64,000 bases of DNA from NCBI GenBank assembly GCA_002633005.1, contig NMRA01000146.1, forward strand, positions 241,862 through 305,861. Direction: 5' to 3'. This DNA comes from Phoronis australis. Taxonomy: Eukaryota > Animalia > Phoronida. The notes under the pieces were generated by a model. It worked only from the letters and a program-made list of their open reading frames with translations. It was not told the DNA's origin and searched no databases. The translations under genes and the position numbers were made by a program. Below are positions 12,721 through 25,412 of this stretch, piece after piece; position 1 is the first letter of the stretch, and every line of letters starts with the position of its first letter.

Positions 12721-14479
12721 GACCTGATGAAGATTTAGCCGTTTGTATATTTGTACGTAAAGAAATGCTTTGAAATGATTTACTAGCCACTTGTAATGGT
12801 TTTGCAATTCCGTACCCTTCATTTTGGAAAGTTTACAACCAAAGATTCGAGAAATAAATATAGTTGAATCAAGCCACTGCAAACAGCAAATTAATCCCAA
12901 CTACAAAAGCACCAGGCAATTATTGATGTGTTGTTATTGTTATTTGGCATGTAAATTTAAACAAATGTAACGAGTTTATTTGGCATGGCAACTATTGCAC
13001 AAAATGTAACACTGAAACCTTATGTTCATTACAATGAGCGTAAGATTACATCAGTGATTTCCATGCTTCTTTGTCACTTGAAAACGGAAGGTGCTTTTGT
13101 ACCGTTTTAAGTCCCAACACCAACTGCCCCACAAACCAATCTCACCCCAACACCACCCCCCACCCGGCACAACTGAATTAAAGCGCTACCCAGTTCCTGA
13201 TAGTATAACACAGTATTTTTCGATGGTCATAAACAGTTCGGATGTGATGTAAATTTTTGCCGAGAGACAAATGTCAAAACTGTATATTCGTTATTGCAAC
13301 CTCTGTGCAACTTGAAACTTGCCACACTTGTTGTTTAACATGCTTAGTGTAGTTCTAATGTCCAGGCAGTGGCATAGTTACGATTATGACTGCCCATCAA
13401 CAATTTTTTGTATCACCCCTTCCAGTAGCAACGCCATTTAACTGTATCCAATGGTGGTTGGCTTATTGTATCTTTGCAAGTAGTATTCCGGTATTACTTC
13501 AACCCATCCCGTCAGGGGATTCCTGTTATTGCAAATATCTGTCTGTTCGTTGTAGCTCGAGATCCGCCTCTCGTTCAGTAACGCTAGGACCTCGCTAAAA
13601 AGCAAGACTTTGCGAGATTACGTGAGAAATTGCCGTGCATTTTAAGTGAGAACACGTGACTTTGACTAGGTTCTAGCGTAGGTCCTAGCGTCAACTGAAC
13701 GCACCCCCGGCTCAAATAGTTGACTTGACGCAGCACATGATTTTGGCGCAAATTCTTTCCAAACCCAGAAATTCCTTACTCATCTCAATAGAGGGCCTTA
13801 CTGAAGGCCGTTTGGCAGTAGAAAGTGTTGTAAATCAAAAGATTGTATATTATGGAAGAAATACTGATAATGAGTGCTATAATTTTGTTTACTAAACAAA
13901 AATACATGTATCACCATCTTTGTTGAAAACACGACTAAAATTTTTGATTGAAAGCTTAATACTTATTCGCTTGTAATGTCGAAAAAATCTCCTTTCCTCA
14001 GGTGTGCAGCTTTATAGCAAAACACCGAAAGACAAATTAAAACAAAAGCTATATTTCCAGGCTGCATAAGATTATTTTTTTGGATTTACTGGGAAATGCA
14101 CTCAAGCTTGCGTGAGTGAAAGTGACATTCTTCATTCGGCAGCAGAAGACCACAATAAACAGTAAAAGTGGTGATTAAAAGCTCGACCGTAAACATGGGT
14201 TGGAAAGAATCGGGTTGGACATGCCTCTTGACAACGATTCATTAGTTGCTACATGTACATATGTATACCCCAGTGTACCAACGTGGACACAAATGTTATA
14301 ATCGCGCCCATAAATCTCTGCGCACGCGCTGTCACTCTTGAGACCAAACTTTATACATAAGGGTACTCTATTCTACACCCTGACCCTTAGTTCGGGTTCA
14401 AAGTTAGGTCTCTCATGGCTGGCGGACTGATCGGAGATTCAATCTCGAGCAACTTACTTGGGGTGTGGAGATTTGGGGC

Positions 14480-17400
14480 AAGCACGTGAAATTACATGCT
14501 TGCAGGTCACGGCTTTAGGTTTAGGGATCGAAGTTGGATTTTAGGGGCACAGCCAATTCAATTGGACATGACCTTCATGAAGTCAGGGAGTTGGACGAAA
14601 AACAAGTGCATCAGCTGTAGCTATAACGTTGCGCGGTGCGGCCGATAGACGGCGCGCCCGTGGTAGTAAATACAACAGTTAACATACGAATGTGTTGATA
14701 AATAAATACGACTATTAGTGGATTACAACAGCTTGCGAGACCGACGACCCTTTGAATGAGACAAGATGTCAATGATACTGATGAATAAACTAATCTACGG
14801 TGGCACCAGTAGGTACCCCTTGCGTGAACTGCAACTCTCTAGAACAATCACACTATAAACTTGTCCAACTAACTAGGTTGAGACCGAAGCTTGCATTGAG
14901 CGTCTACCACGTCTGGGTTGGCTTCTGCTTTCCTGACCTTCCCGGTTCTGAGGTTCCTTTGACAGTTCCCCGTGCCGGGCTTTACCGAGTTGTCCAGTCC
15001 AAACGCTTTTATCTCCAAGTTCTAGTCTATTTGTGCCTAGATCATATATAGACGCTTCGCAGTTTCAGTGAATGTTTGTAATCACGTCATGGTGAAATTT
15101 AAAATTGCATTACTGCGCGAACATTCTCTATCTAGGATCTCAGATCACAACAGTAGTGCCAAGTTACGCAAGAATTGTCACTGACTTCAGCTTAGTTATC
15201 TTTGTACAGTATTAACACATCACAAAGGTGTCACTGGCACGAGACCACTTGCAGCTCATCTACTGAGACGTCGTCGCCGAGAGACAGACCAGAAAGACGA
15301 TTGCCGGGATGGACGAGACGAAATCGAACGAGCACCAACTCGACAAAATCACAGCCGTGGACGACTGTCAGAAGAAAACGCAGAACCAAAGGAAGGTCAA
15401 GTAACCAGAAGTAGACATTCAATGAGCGTCGTCCCCGAGTCTCAGTTGGAACTTAGTTTGCAGTTTCATGGTGATAAGAATTAGTGTTTAGTGTGTCTCT
15501 CATTTTTTCTGCGTTGAGATGCATGCTGTAGTGCCTGGTATAACTGGTAGCATCGTAGATTAGTTTATTCACCTCTATTGATATCTCCGTCTGAATCAAA
15601 TAGTCGTCACCTTCGTAACTTGTTGTTACCCATTGATCGATACTCACAACCCTGCAAATTAAAGAGTTCCCACCATGACCCTGTGTCTCAAAAAGGAATT
15701 TTATTATTACATCTGAGCAGATTTAATAGCCTTTAGTACACCTGTTGCTACGAAACAATATAAAAATTGTAAACATATATTTTTCTGTTAGTTTGTACGC
15801 AATGGGTGGAAGACCGCCTCAGCCGTTGTTGCTTTACCAGTGCGATACTGAGGAGTTGTGAAGAAAGTCCGCGTGGAACCGTCTTGTTCAGATATGAAAA
15901 GGTGCGTTTGTGGAAACTGTGGTAACAACAACTTGACTGTGAACGTCTTAGTTGTTCAAATTTCCTAAATACGTGAATGTTGCACAAAAATGGCATCGGT
16001 TTGTCATGGGCGGCGCACCATAGGGGCCTAGGATAGGGCTNNNNNNNNNNNNNNNNNNNNNNNNNNNNAAGCACGTGAAATTACATGCTTGCAGGTCACG
16101 GCTTTAGGTTTAGGGATCGAAGTTGGATTTTAGGGGCACAGCCAATTCAATTGGACATGACCTTCATGAAGTCAGGGAGTTGGACGAAAAAATAAGTGCA
16201 TCAGCTGTAGCTATAACGTTGCGCGGTGAGGCCGATAGACGGCGCGCCCGTGGTAGTAAATACAACAGTTAACATACGAATGTGTTGATAAATAAATACG
16301 ACTATTAGTGGGTTACAACAGCTTGCGAGACTGACGACGCTTTGAATGAGACAAGATGTCAATGATACTGATGAATAAACTAATCTACGGTGGCACCAGT
16401 AGCTACCCCTTGCATGAACTGCAACTCTCTAGAACAATCACACTAAATTGTCCAACTAACTAGGTTGAAACCGAAGCTTGCATTGAGCGTCTACCACGTC
16501 TGGGTTGGCTTCTGCTTTCCTGACCTTCCCGGTTCTGAGGTTCCTTCGACAGTTCCCCGTGCCGGGCTTTACCGAGTTGTCTTGTCCAAACGCCTTTATC
16601 TCTAAGTTCTCGTCTATTTGTGCCTAGATCACATGTAGACGCTTCGCGGTCAAGTTTCAGTGAATGTTTGTAATCGCGTCATGGTGAAATTTAAAATTGC
16701 ATTACTGCGCGAACATTCCGAATCTCTATCTAGGATCTCAGATCACAACAGTACTGACAAGTTACGCAAGAATTGTCACTGACTTAAGCTTAGTGACCAT
16801 CACTTGAAGCTCATCTACTGAGACGGGCGCCGGGAGAGACAGACCAGAAAGACGATTGCCGGGATGGACGAGACGAAATCGAACGAGAACCAACTCGACA
16901 AAATCACAGCCGTGGACGACTGTCAGAAGAAAACGCAGAACCAAAGGAAAGGTCAAGTAACCAGAAGTAGACACTCAATGCGCGTCGTCCCCGAGTCTCA
17001 GTTGGAAGTTACTGTGCAGTTTCATGGTGATAAGAATCAGTGTTTAGTGTGTCTCTCATTTTTTCTGCGTTGAGATGCATGCTGTAGTGCCTGGTATAAC
17101 TGGTAGCATCGTAGATTAGTTTATTCACCTCTACTGATATCTCCGTCTGAGTCAAATAGTCGTCAGCTTCGTACCTTGTTTTTATCCATTGCTTGATACT
17201 CACAACCCTGCAAATTAAAGAGTTCCCACCATGACCCTGTGTCTCAAAAAGGAATTTTATTATTACATCTGAACAGATTTAATAGCCTTTAGTACACGTG
17301 TTGCTACGAAACAATCTAAAAATTTTAAAAATATATTTTTCTGTTATCGAGTTTGTACGCAATGGGTGGAAGACCGCCTCAGCCGTTGTTGCTTTACCAG

Positions 17401-17609
17401 TGCGATACTGCTCGGAGGAATTGTGAAGAAAGTGCGCGTGGAACCGTCTTTTTCAGACATGAAAGGTGCGTTTGTGGAAATTAACTGTGGTAACAACAAC
17501 TTGACTGTGAACGTCTTAGTTGTTCAAATTTCCTAAATACGTGAAAGTTGCGCAAAAATGGCATCGGCTTGTCATGGGCGGCGCACCATAGGGGCCTAGG
17601 GTAGGGCTA
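14480..17609. repeat. ~1.55-kb direct near-duplication (14480-16040 vs 16069-17609) across a 28-N gap
   Basis: The copies are colinear with scattered substitutions and small indels (e.g. ~50 extra bp at ~15195-15243 in copy 1). N-gap at 16041-16068. Confidence 0.95.
14616..15200. mobile_element. Diverged member of LTR-like family D (duplicate at ~16206-16800)
   Basis: Starts with TGT and shares blocks (gatagacggcgcgcccgtggtagtaaat; ctctagaacaatcac; ggttgagacc) with the TSD-flanked solo LTR at 40103-40864. The right end is not defined. Confidence 0.6.
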
Positions 17610-18496
17610 TAGCCCCCCACTTTTTTCAGGGCTAAGCCGCCCATGGTCTATAGGCGGTGCNTTCAGTGCTGCGCCACCCATGATTGTGCGTCGAACAAGA
17701 GTGTGGAGTGTCAGTGTGGAACATGAGATTCAGTTTGGCGTAACCACACTTTGATCGGCACATTTCAAAGAATCGTGTTTCGACCACACACATAAGCGGC
17801 GTTGCAATGAAGGACTCACCATCAAGTAAGTGCATTTTCAAATTTTGTAAATAACTAACAAACTGCTAATCCATTCTAGGGCGAGTGATGCCAGGCCTGG
17901 ACCCCGGCCCAGATCGAGTGCTACTACAAGTAGGCTTAAAATGCATATTGTGTTTAGACTGTGCTCATTCCATCACGGCAAATAGTGAATACGAGTAACC
18001 CAGGTTGGCTGTGGCCTTTGTCAGTAATTATTAAGTGTCTATTTTGTGAGTAGTGACCACCACTTGGTAGAGTTGGTTGTGGCTCACATATGTCATTTCT
18101 CGTGCAAGTGGGTCGAGTTCATACGGCCTGAAACCCGACAAAAGTTTGTTAAATGGGAAATCGAATTCATTGTCTGATTCTTCAAGTACTTGAGTATAAG
18201 TGCCCGTATCCACTCTCCTCTGTGTCTGCATAATAATTGTCCAATTCTCGCCTAATATTGTCATTGTCTTCTGACCTGCAGTGTTCCGACATTGCAAATG
18301 ATTGTCAAGCGGCCAACCGTCTTCCACCCATTGCATCATTTGGCGGGAAACTTAGAAGTAAGTAATTTTTCTTCAAAATTAAAAAAGTTGCCACTATTTG
18401 GCATAAAAAGTGCCTATTTAGCAAGATTTTATGGTATTCGATTCATATTAGCTAACTGAAACCTGACAAAGTAAGAAAATGCATGGTGGGAACTCT
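17219..18496. mobile_element. Non-autonomous TTAA-targeting DNA transposon (Kolobok-like)
   Basis: ttaa|AGAGTTCCCACCATG ... CATGGTGGGAACTCT|ttaa, a perfect 15-bp TIR. Subterminal inverted blocks gcaatgggtggaagac (~17360) and gtcttccacccattgc (~18320). A related reversed fragment lies at ~47320-47440. Confidence 0.85.
17573..17682. mobile_element. CATG-terminal MITE family C nested in the TTAA element; other copies at ~58283-58418, 16005 (truncated) and ~9923
   Basis: TIR CATGGGCGGCGCA / TGCGCCACCCATG; flanks cttgt/attgt. Confidence 0.75.
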
Positions 18497-18521
18497 TTAA
18501 TAGATGTGTTTATTTTTTCAA

Positions 18522-19415
18522 AGTAGAGAGTGGGGCACGTAATATGAGCCAATTTTCAAATTATTGGTCTTATAATCTAAATAAAGAAACTAATTCCAGA
18601 AACTAAATCACGATAATAAACTGCAATGTGTCCTTATTGTATACACTAAGATGAAGACAATTGAAAAGGTGCAACATGTTTTTTTTTGGTATTTTAAGTT
18701 AGTCAGTCACAGATGGCTCAAAGTACCCCAATAATACGGGGCACTTTGATCCATAGCAAAGTACCGTCAACAAAACGCATTCAATATCTTAAAAATATAT
18801 TTGGTTACTTAAAGCATGCCTTTGACTTGATACTTCATAATGTTTAACCCAGCTTTTAATCTAAACACGACTCACACTTAAAGTCTCCAACACCCCGGCG
18901 ATGTACGATGTGCATGCTTCGTGGGCCCAGTCAAGACGTTTTGCACTGTATCCAATCTTCTGAAGTTGGTTCCACATATTCATTGCATATCAGGCAGTAG
19001 GAATTTCTGACAAGGGACATGCCACATCCCTTCCGCAAACCTTTACTGGAGTCACTTTGGCTGTGAGGTCGTGGATGTCAGTGTGCCCGGCTGGGTTGAT
19101 TTTTTTTTAGTTCTTTGACGTTCTTTTTCGATCAGCTTTCTTTATTCTGGTCGGACTGCTTGTCAGCACCTTTGCATATCCACGTTGGCCATTTTTGATG
19201 CTGTGGCTGCAGCAGCGGAAAATGCGGCATGAGACCGATGTCTAATACGTCATCAGTCGAAATATCACTCATACATTCCTTTGTTAGTCTTTCGTTGATA
19301 TTTTTTTAACTATTTTCTACAATAAAGTTGCATCAAAACACTTAAAACTTGTTTAAGTTGTTGCTTACATAACGATGGGGCATTATGAGCCATGGCTCAA
19401 CCCGCTGCCCCGCAC
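18522..19415 (-). mobile_element. Internally deleted pogo/Fot1-like DNA transposon retaining the C-terminal PHD-type finger
   Basis: Minus-strand remnants GYAKVLTSSP (~19150-19190) and YCLICNEYVEPTSEDWIQCK..DWAHEAC (~18905-19005), frameshifted. Repeated subterminal motif GGGGCA..TGA.CCA at ~18532, 18737 and 19377. Confidence 0.7.
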
Positions 19416-20410
19416 ACGGCATGGCCGTAGTGCAGCACTCTACAAAATTCTGAAGCCGAGATTAGAGTAATTATCGATACGAAGGGAGCTGGCCCTCCAA
19501 CCATAAATTCCAGAATGGAGTTTATCAGTCGTGTAAGATATTGGCTACAGGGGTAAACTTCCCAACTTGTTGTTGGGCTATAGAATCGAACAACTTCAGT
19601 TGGGAGCAACGGCGGGTAGAAACGCAGTAACGTGGCACTTGTTGGAGGATGATCTCCATGATATATTATAAATTACATAAGAAATTGTATAAGAAATGCA
19701 TAAGAAATAGTTGTATAAGAGATAATTAGTGGAATGCTGTTGTCTCATTTGGAATGCAGTTTTGCTATATCTTGCCTTAGTTACATGGGCACGCTACTTG
19801 TGTATGTATATTAAAGCGATCATATAATAAAACAGTCTAAAAGATAGTTTCTTGTACAGAAACATGGTGTTCTTTTATTAACCGGCATATCATCCTGACC
19901 ATTAAGTCCAGTTTGTACGCAATGTCTCACCAATCATCAACAGCACTATACTGAGTTTTGGCACCTCAACAGGATTTGGTATCGAACGATACTGTGGTGT
20001 AGTGGTAAAATTAGAGGTTAGTAGGCACCCAAAACCCATCGTAACACCTTGAGCACAGAACGGTAACTTACGGTGGGTAGGCAAGAGAATGTTCAACTGC
20101 CAAATGGTGGTTGGCTGCGCTAACGGAGCGCCTACGCCCCACTACAGCACTAGACGGGCATTTGTCGGTTCAAACAGGAATGGCTGAGTACTTAGCGATA
20201 GACTATCTAGTTTAAACCGCACTTGGATGATCAATGCACCTATTGGCCAATGAAAATTCGTTTAGAGCTGTACACGTGTCAGTTATGGCATCATGTTGTT
20301 CTACGACCAATAGTCTGGTCGCAACTAGTCACGTGACACTAATCGTGACCACTGGATGCAGTTAGGCCGTAAGGTTTGAGCGGCGACAGACGTGTTTTAT
20401 CCCTCATGTC

Positions 20411-20560
20411 TTCCGTAGACGCCAAAACCTCGCGAGATATATTGCCATGGTTTATAAGTAAAGCTTGTATTCACTTTAGCTTCATTCGCGAGATTCTTGC
20501 GTCTACGGAACCCAACCAACAGCGTGTCCCTGAAGAGCGCGCCCCTAAAGTAAGATGGCG
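20411..20560 (+). promoter_or_regulatory. Probable housekeeping promoter of the FASTKD5-like gene
   Basis: CpG-rich patch with two TCTCGCGAGA-like motifs (20428-20437, 20485-20493) and a YY1-type AAGATGGCG at 20552-20560, followed by a donor TTG|gtaaga at 20634/20635. Confidence 0.55.
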
Positions 20561-20634
20561 ACGCCTTTGTATCGGAGTGGGAGTTTTAGACCCGTAGCTG
20601 ACGCTGGTGACTCTTAAGTGACGTGAAATATTTG
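20550..20634 (+). other. Putative non-coding first exon of the FASTKD5-like gene, containing a 20-codon uORF (20555-20617)
   Basis: Good donor site. The main ATG (28869) lies 5 nt after an acceptor, so an upstream exon is required. The TSS is approximate. Confidence 0.5.
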
Positions 20635-21172
20635 GTAAGATATTTTATATGATTAACTCTTTGCATAAAAGTCGATTAGAGGGACCCCTTTTCAATTTAG
20701 GTGACGAGAACCTGTTTCACTGAGCCGCTGAATAGCTGTTATGCCTGTTAATGTATGGCCGTGGCCGTGAATGAACAGGTTAAAACCAGTTCCGACAGCC
20801 ATTTTGGAGACTCGTCCATTACTCGAGTAATGGTAATGTCCGTTATTCAGTTAAAAAAATGATTCCCGGTAGCCATTTTGAAGAGGCAACCGTTTGCTTC
20901 ACTTTCACCAAGAATTGTGGTGGTTAATCCAGGTTGTTGTTACTAAATCTAGTCAGTAAAGGGTGACACACAGAATCTTGATTTTTTGCCGTGTCAGTGT
21001 CCTTGGCTTTGTTTGAAGGGAAAGTGCCTGTGTCTTCTGAAAGCAGGAGAGGATATTTTCTTGGGTGAAAAGGAAATAGTACTTGCGTAGTCGGCATCAA
21101 TAGGACTTCACCGCTTTGACTAGACAGTGATCACTGTCTCTAATCAAACTACAGAGAGTGGAGCTCCTATTA

Positions 21173-21992
21173 CAGTCAAGTGACCTAATTATCGGACGTT
21201 TTGGTACATTTTGCATTATATTTAATTGAAAATACTACGGATTGTTGTAAATTCTTTGCTGAAATAAAGAATTACCTTTATGGAATTGTTGTGTTACTAT
21301 ATCTTGTCAACGAAAGCCACATTTATGTTCCGACTGAACTTTAAAAAACACAACAAGCAAACCTTCGGAGAACCTAAATATCGGACACCATGTTTCACCA
21401 TACGCCACACCGCGGAAAACTGACTAACAACGTAATGGCCGCGAGCACCTTGTAGCCAAATTTCAGCTCGAGTGTTTTGACATATATGCTGCTAGAACAC
21501 AGGTCCATTCGCAACAAAATTATCCATAAAATGAAATTTGATGACGGCGCCAAGTCATTTCGATGAATTAGTGCAGACGACTAAAGCACGTGCAAACTCA
21601 CTGCAGTTTTTATTATCACTTTGGCTTCTTGATATGACACCCGCACGTGCAAGGTCGGGGTTTGACTTGAGTTTAAAAACAAATGAAAAAAATGGAACAG
21701 TAACATATTGTCAGTTCAATGAGAAAGTTTCATTGTGGAAAAAGATTTTATGTTCAACTTTTATAATCGATTTATTCGATCGTCCATTTTAGGCCGACTT
21801 GGGGGTCTAAATTGCACCCTCTCTCGGTGAAATCAAAACGAGGCAACGCTGTAAAAAACGAGACGGTGCCGGACATTGAATGCATTACAACGGAACAACA
21901 ATTGGTGTCATTTAATTCTCAGATTATGCTTCAAGTAAGATTTTTTGAAATGTCCGATATTTAGGTTCCGTCCGATAATTAGGTACACTATG
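21173..21992. mobile_element. Tc1/mariner/Tigger-like non-autonomous element
   Basis: Inverted ends ta|CAGT...ACCTAATTATCGGAC and GTCCGATAATTAGGTACAC, with subterminal variants (acctaaatatcggaca at ~21372, tgtccgatatttaggt at ~21951). Confidence 0.65.
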
Positions 21993-23650
21993 TGTAGGTG
22001 CTTCATACGCTGGATGCTGGCGAATTATGTCTCGTACTGACTAAAACATCAAAGCGATGTTATCAACACCTTTTGCACGTAGAGGGACACCTTAGGAGGC
22101 CATTGATTTTTTAATTCCTTCCTATTACAAATACTCCCGTTACCTATCGTTTTCTTTTTCTTCGAGCAGTCCCTTGTTAAGTTCCTTAAATCAGTAACTC
22201 GTCATGGCAGGGGATATGACGTCATACCACCTGCCCTGCGAAGTGTTAGAAATAGTGAGTTTCTATCGATTTTGGGAACTGAACGAGGGACTGCTCGAAG
22301 GGGTATTTTTGTCGAGTTGTAAGGAATTAAATACATCGACGACCTCCAAATGTGTCCCTCTATGCGCTTAAGATACTCATAACAACGTGACTTATTTTTT
22401 AATTCAGTGTGAGGCATACTTAGCCAAAAAACTTCCAGCGTATGAAGGCCTATAGGAGCTCCACTGTCTGCAGTTCATCTAGAGACGGTTTGTCACTGTC
22501 TGCGCTTTTGTCAGCCCTCACAGGCTCTGCCTCAAGTAGCACATGTTAATTTTGTGCTGTTTAAAATTGTCGCCTGTGTGAGTTACAAGTGGGCCGAATA
22601 TTGAGGAAAATTGTTAACCAGTTGTGTGTGGTAGTTATTTACTGTAGTTTACTGTAGTGAAGGCTCATTCGTTAGCGACTTCTCGGTCCCTCGGATATCA
22701 CCTCCTGGTACTCAATCCCTCGATTTTTCGGCCGAATATCGAGCCCATTCCCCTCTAAAAATGTTTGAAAAATCACGATATTCTCCTAGTGAAGCCCAAA
22801 AATTCTCCTCAAGGTTCGAATCACTTGCAACTCGCATAGGTGACAATTGAAATGAGCGCAAATCTTAGTTTGGCTAGTTGAGGCGGAGCCTGTGAAGGCA
22901 TGAAGCAAGGTGGGAGGTATAAATGGTAGAAATTTCCTCTCGTCTCAAAAAATTCCCCTCTCAGAAGACACAGGCACCTTTCCTCTCTGATAAGTAGAGC
23001 TCTGTACCTCCAGGGATAATTCTGGACTGCGCCAATGTGCCATAAGAGCATAAAAAATAAGTCTCATATACATTGCAGCAGTGCGCCCCCAGGCGCATCT
23101 TTTGAAACGCAACACTCTTCCAAGAAATGCTAGATTCTAGTCAATTTACAGCCAGTTGGTTCTTATTCCGCCACAGCTGCAGTCTGTTTGAAGTCTTTGT
23201 ATGGAATTTTTAAATATAAAAGGAACTATTACATGAACATGGCTCTGTTCTTATTTTGATTGCAGTGGAGTTTTTATTTCATATGTTACCACTTTTAAAT
23301 ATACTATCTCTGCTGGGCACGACTTTTTTAAAAAGGCACACTTTTTTCACCGGGTGCACCCAAAGGGCACTAACTGGTTCAAACCTGGTCAAGGATGTCC
23401 CTGTACCTCCTTATTGTCCATAACTGTTTGCTGCTCCGCAATACAGTTTAATTTTGGTAAATATTGTGTTCTTTATTTACTGTCATGATGGCCACCGCTT
23501 AGGATCACCTCTACTGCTACACGACATTGCAGTGAATTAACATTTTACAAACTTTTAGTCATATAACCAGACAAGTTTTACACTACGTGTATTAACCTCA
23601 CTCTGGTTGCATTGTGGCCGCCCTTGTTCCAAAGCTATTGGACACTCACT

Positions 23651-23949
23651 CACGGCTTGGAATTTTCCGCGGAAACGCGTATTTCCGCTTTTTTCAAATG
23701 TGTTTTCCGCTTTTTTTATATTTCCGCGTAAAAAAAATCGGATTTGATATAAAATTTCCGCGGCAAATTCCTTTCTTACCGCGGCGTTGCAGACGACGTT
23801 CACCTCGAAAAGCGGAAGTTGCTCTTTATGTTTTAGAGGAACATAAATTGTCAACATTGCCGGGGCATCTGGGACAGCGTGGTGGGATTTTCAATGGCGT
23901 CTCGCGTTATTGTTAAGCGCGGCAACAAATACTACCGCTCTGCAGCCAA
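23651..23949. mobile_element. End of a probable DNA transposon present in only one duplicate copy
   Basis: Begins CACGGCTTGGAATTTTCCGCGG with many TTTCCGC subterminal repeats. It is absent at the equivalent position 27036 and runs into the N-gap. Confidence 0.55.
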
Positions 23950-24720
23950 NNNNNNNNNNNNNNNNNNNNNNNNNNNNNNNNNNNNNNNNNNNNNNNNNNN
24001 NNNNNNNNNNNNNNNNNNNNNNNNNNNNNNNNNNNNNNNNNNNNNNNNNNNNNNNNNNNNNNNNNNNNNNNNNNNNNNNNNNNNNNNNNNNNNNNNNNNN
24101 NNNNNNNNNNNNNNNNNNNNNNNNNNNNNNNNNNNNNNNNNNNNNNNNNNNNNNNNNNNNNNNNNNNNNNNNNNNNNNNNNNNNNNNNNNNNNNNNNNNN
24201 NNNNNNNNNNNNNNNNNNNNNNNNNNNNNNNNNNNNNNNNNNNNNNNNNNNNNNNNNNNNNNNNNNNNNNNNNNNNNNNNNNNNNNNNNNNNNNNNNNNN
24301 NNNNNNNNNNNNNNNNNNNNNNNNNNNNNNNNNNNNNNNNNNNNNNNNNNNNNNNNNNNNNNNNNNNNNNNNNNNNNNNNNNNNNNNNNNNNNNNNNNNN
24401 NNNNNNNNNNNNNNNNNNNNNNNNNNNNNNNNNNNNNNNNNNNNNNNNNNNNNNNNNNNNNNNNNNNNNNNNNNNNNNNNNNNNNNNNNNNNNNNNNNNN
24501 NNNNNNNNNNNNNNNNNNNNNNNNNNNNNNNNNNNNNNNNNNNNNNNNNNNNNNNNNNNNNNNNNNNNNNNNNNNNNNNNNNNNNNNNNNNNNNNNNNNN
24601 NNNNNNNNNNNNNNNNNNNNNNNNNNNNNNNNNNNNNNNNNNNNNNNNNNNNNNNNNNNNNNNNNNNNNNNNNNNNNNNNNNNNNNNNNNNNNNNNNNNN
24701 NNNNNNNNNNNNNNNNNNNN

Positions 24721-25412
24721 GTTTAACACAGACGCAGCTGTAAAACATATGCTGAAAGGTCTGGACTTCGCCACAGTAGGGACATTGGTCTGTTTGTGAA
24801 ATACCAAATATTTTTAACATTTTGTTTGTATAAATTCTTTTGTGAATGAAAAAGTATTTAAACATTGACAAATGAGGGTTTATGGGTAGATTAAAAGGGA
24901 GATTATATATTTCTTTAATTTCGGCGTCTGTGTAGTAGTTGAGTAAAAACGCATAATTATCTGGTTTTACAGAAAACTTGTGAATAAATGTGTTTTTGAT
25001 CCATGGAGTGGAACTATTGAAGAATAAAAATCTAATGTTATTACAACTAACAATCCTTCTATCCGACGGACCCAGAACTTTCTTCAAGGTCGTTGTGGTG
25101 GAATAAAATGGTATGATAGACGTATCCTTTAAGTTATAATTTTTCTTAATGCTTTCCCATTTAAGAAGTTTGTTCTGGCTATCTAAAAAATCTTCGCAAA
25201 ATATGAGGCCTGCATTGTACAGATCTTGGTAAAATAATGATTTACCGCTAACAGTTAAGTTACAATTGTTCCATATCACTTGTTTGGCTATTGGTACTTC
25301 ATTAAATATTTCAGGATTAAGAATATCTAAGGTTGAGAGAACATCTTTGTAAAAAGGGTTCTTAATTTCACATTTTAGGGTTTTCAGTTCAAAATTGGAT
25401 GAAAAAATGAGG
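24721..25412 (-). mobile_element. 5'-truncated L1/Tx1-clade LINE, ORF2 C-terminal region
   Basis: Uninterrupted frame ...PFYKDVL...QVIWNNCNL...HKRIYTNKML...CPYCGEVQTFQHMFYSC, ending in the CCHC zinc knuckle typical of L1/Tx1 ORF2. Confidence 0.85.

Noticed and set aside
15202-15647. Small ORFs repeated at 16762-17203
   Set aside because: They recur only because of the gap-flanking duplication, and the frames differ between copies.
23879-24807. Long ORFs of 277-306 aa in the ORF track
   Set aside because: They run through the 771-N gap. Only the LINE portion above 24720 is real.
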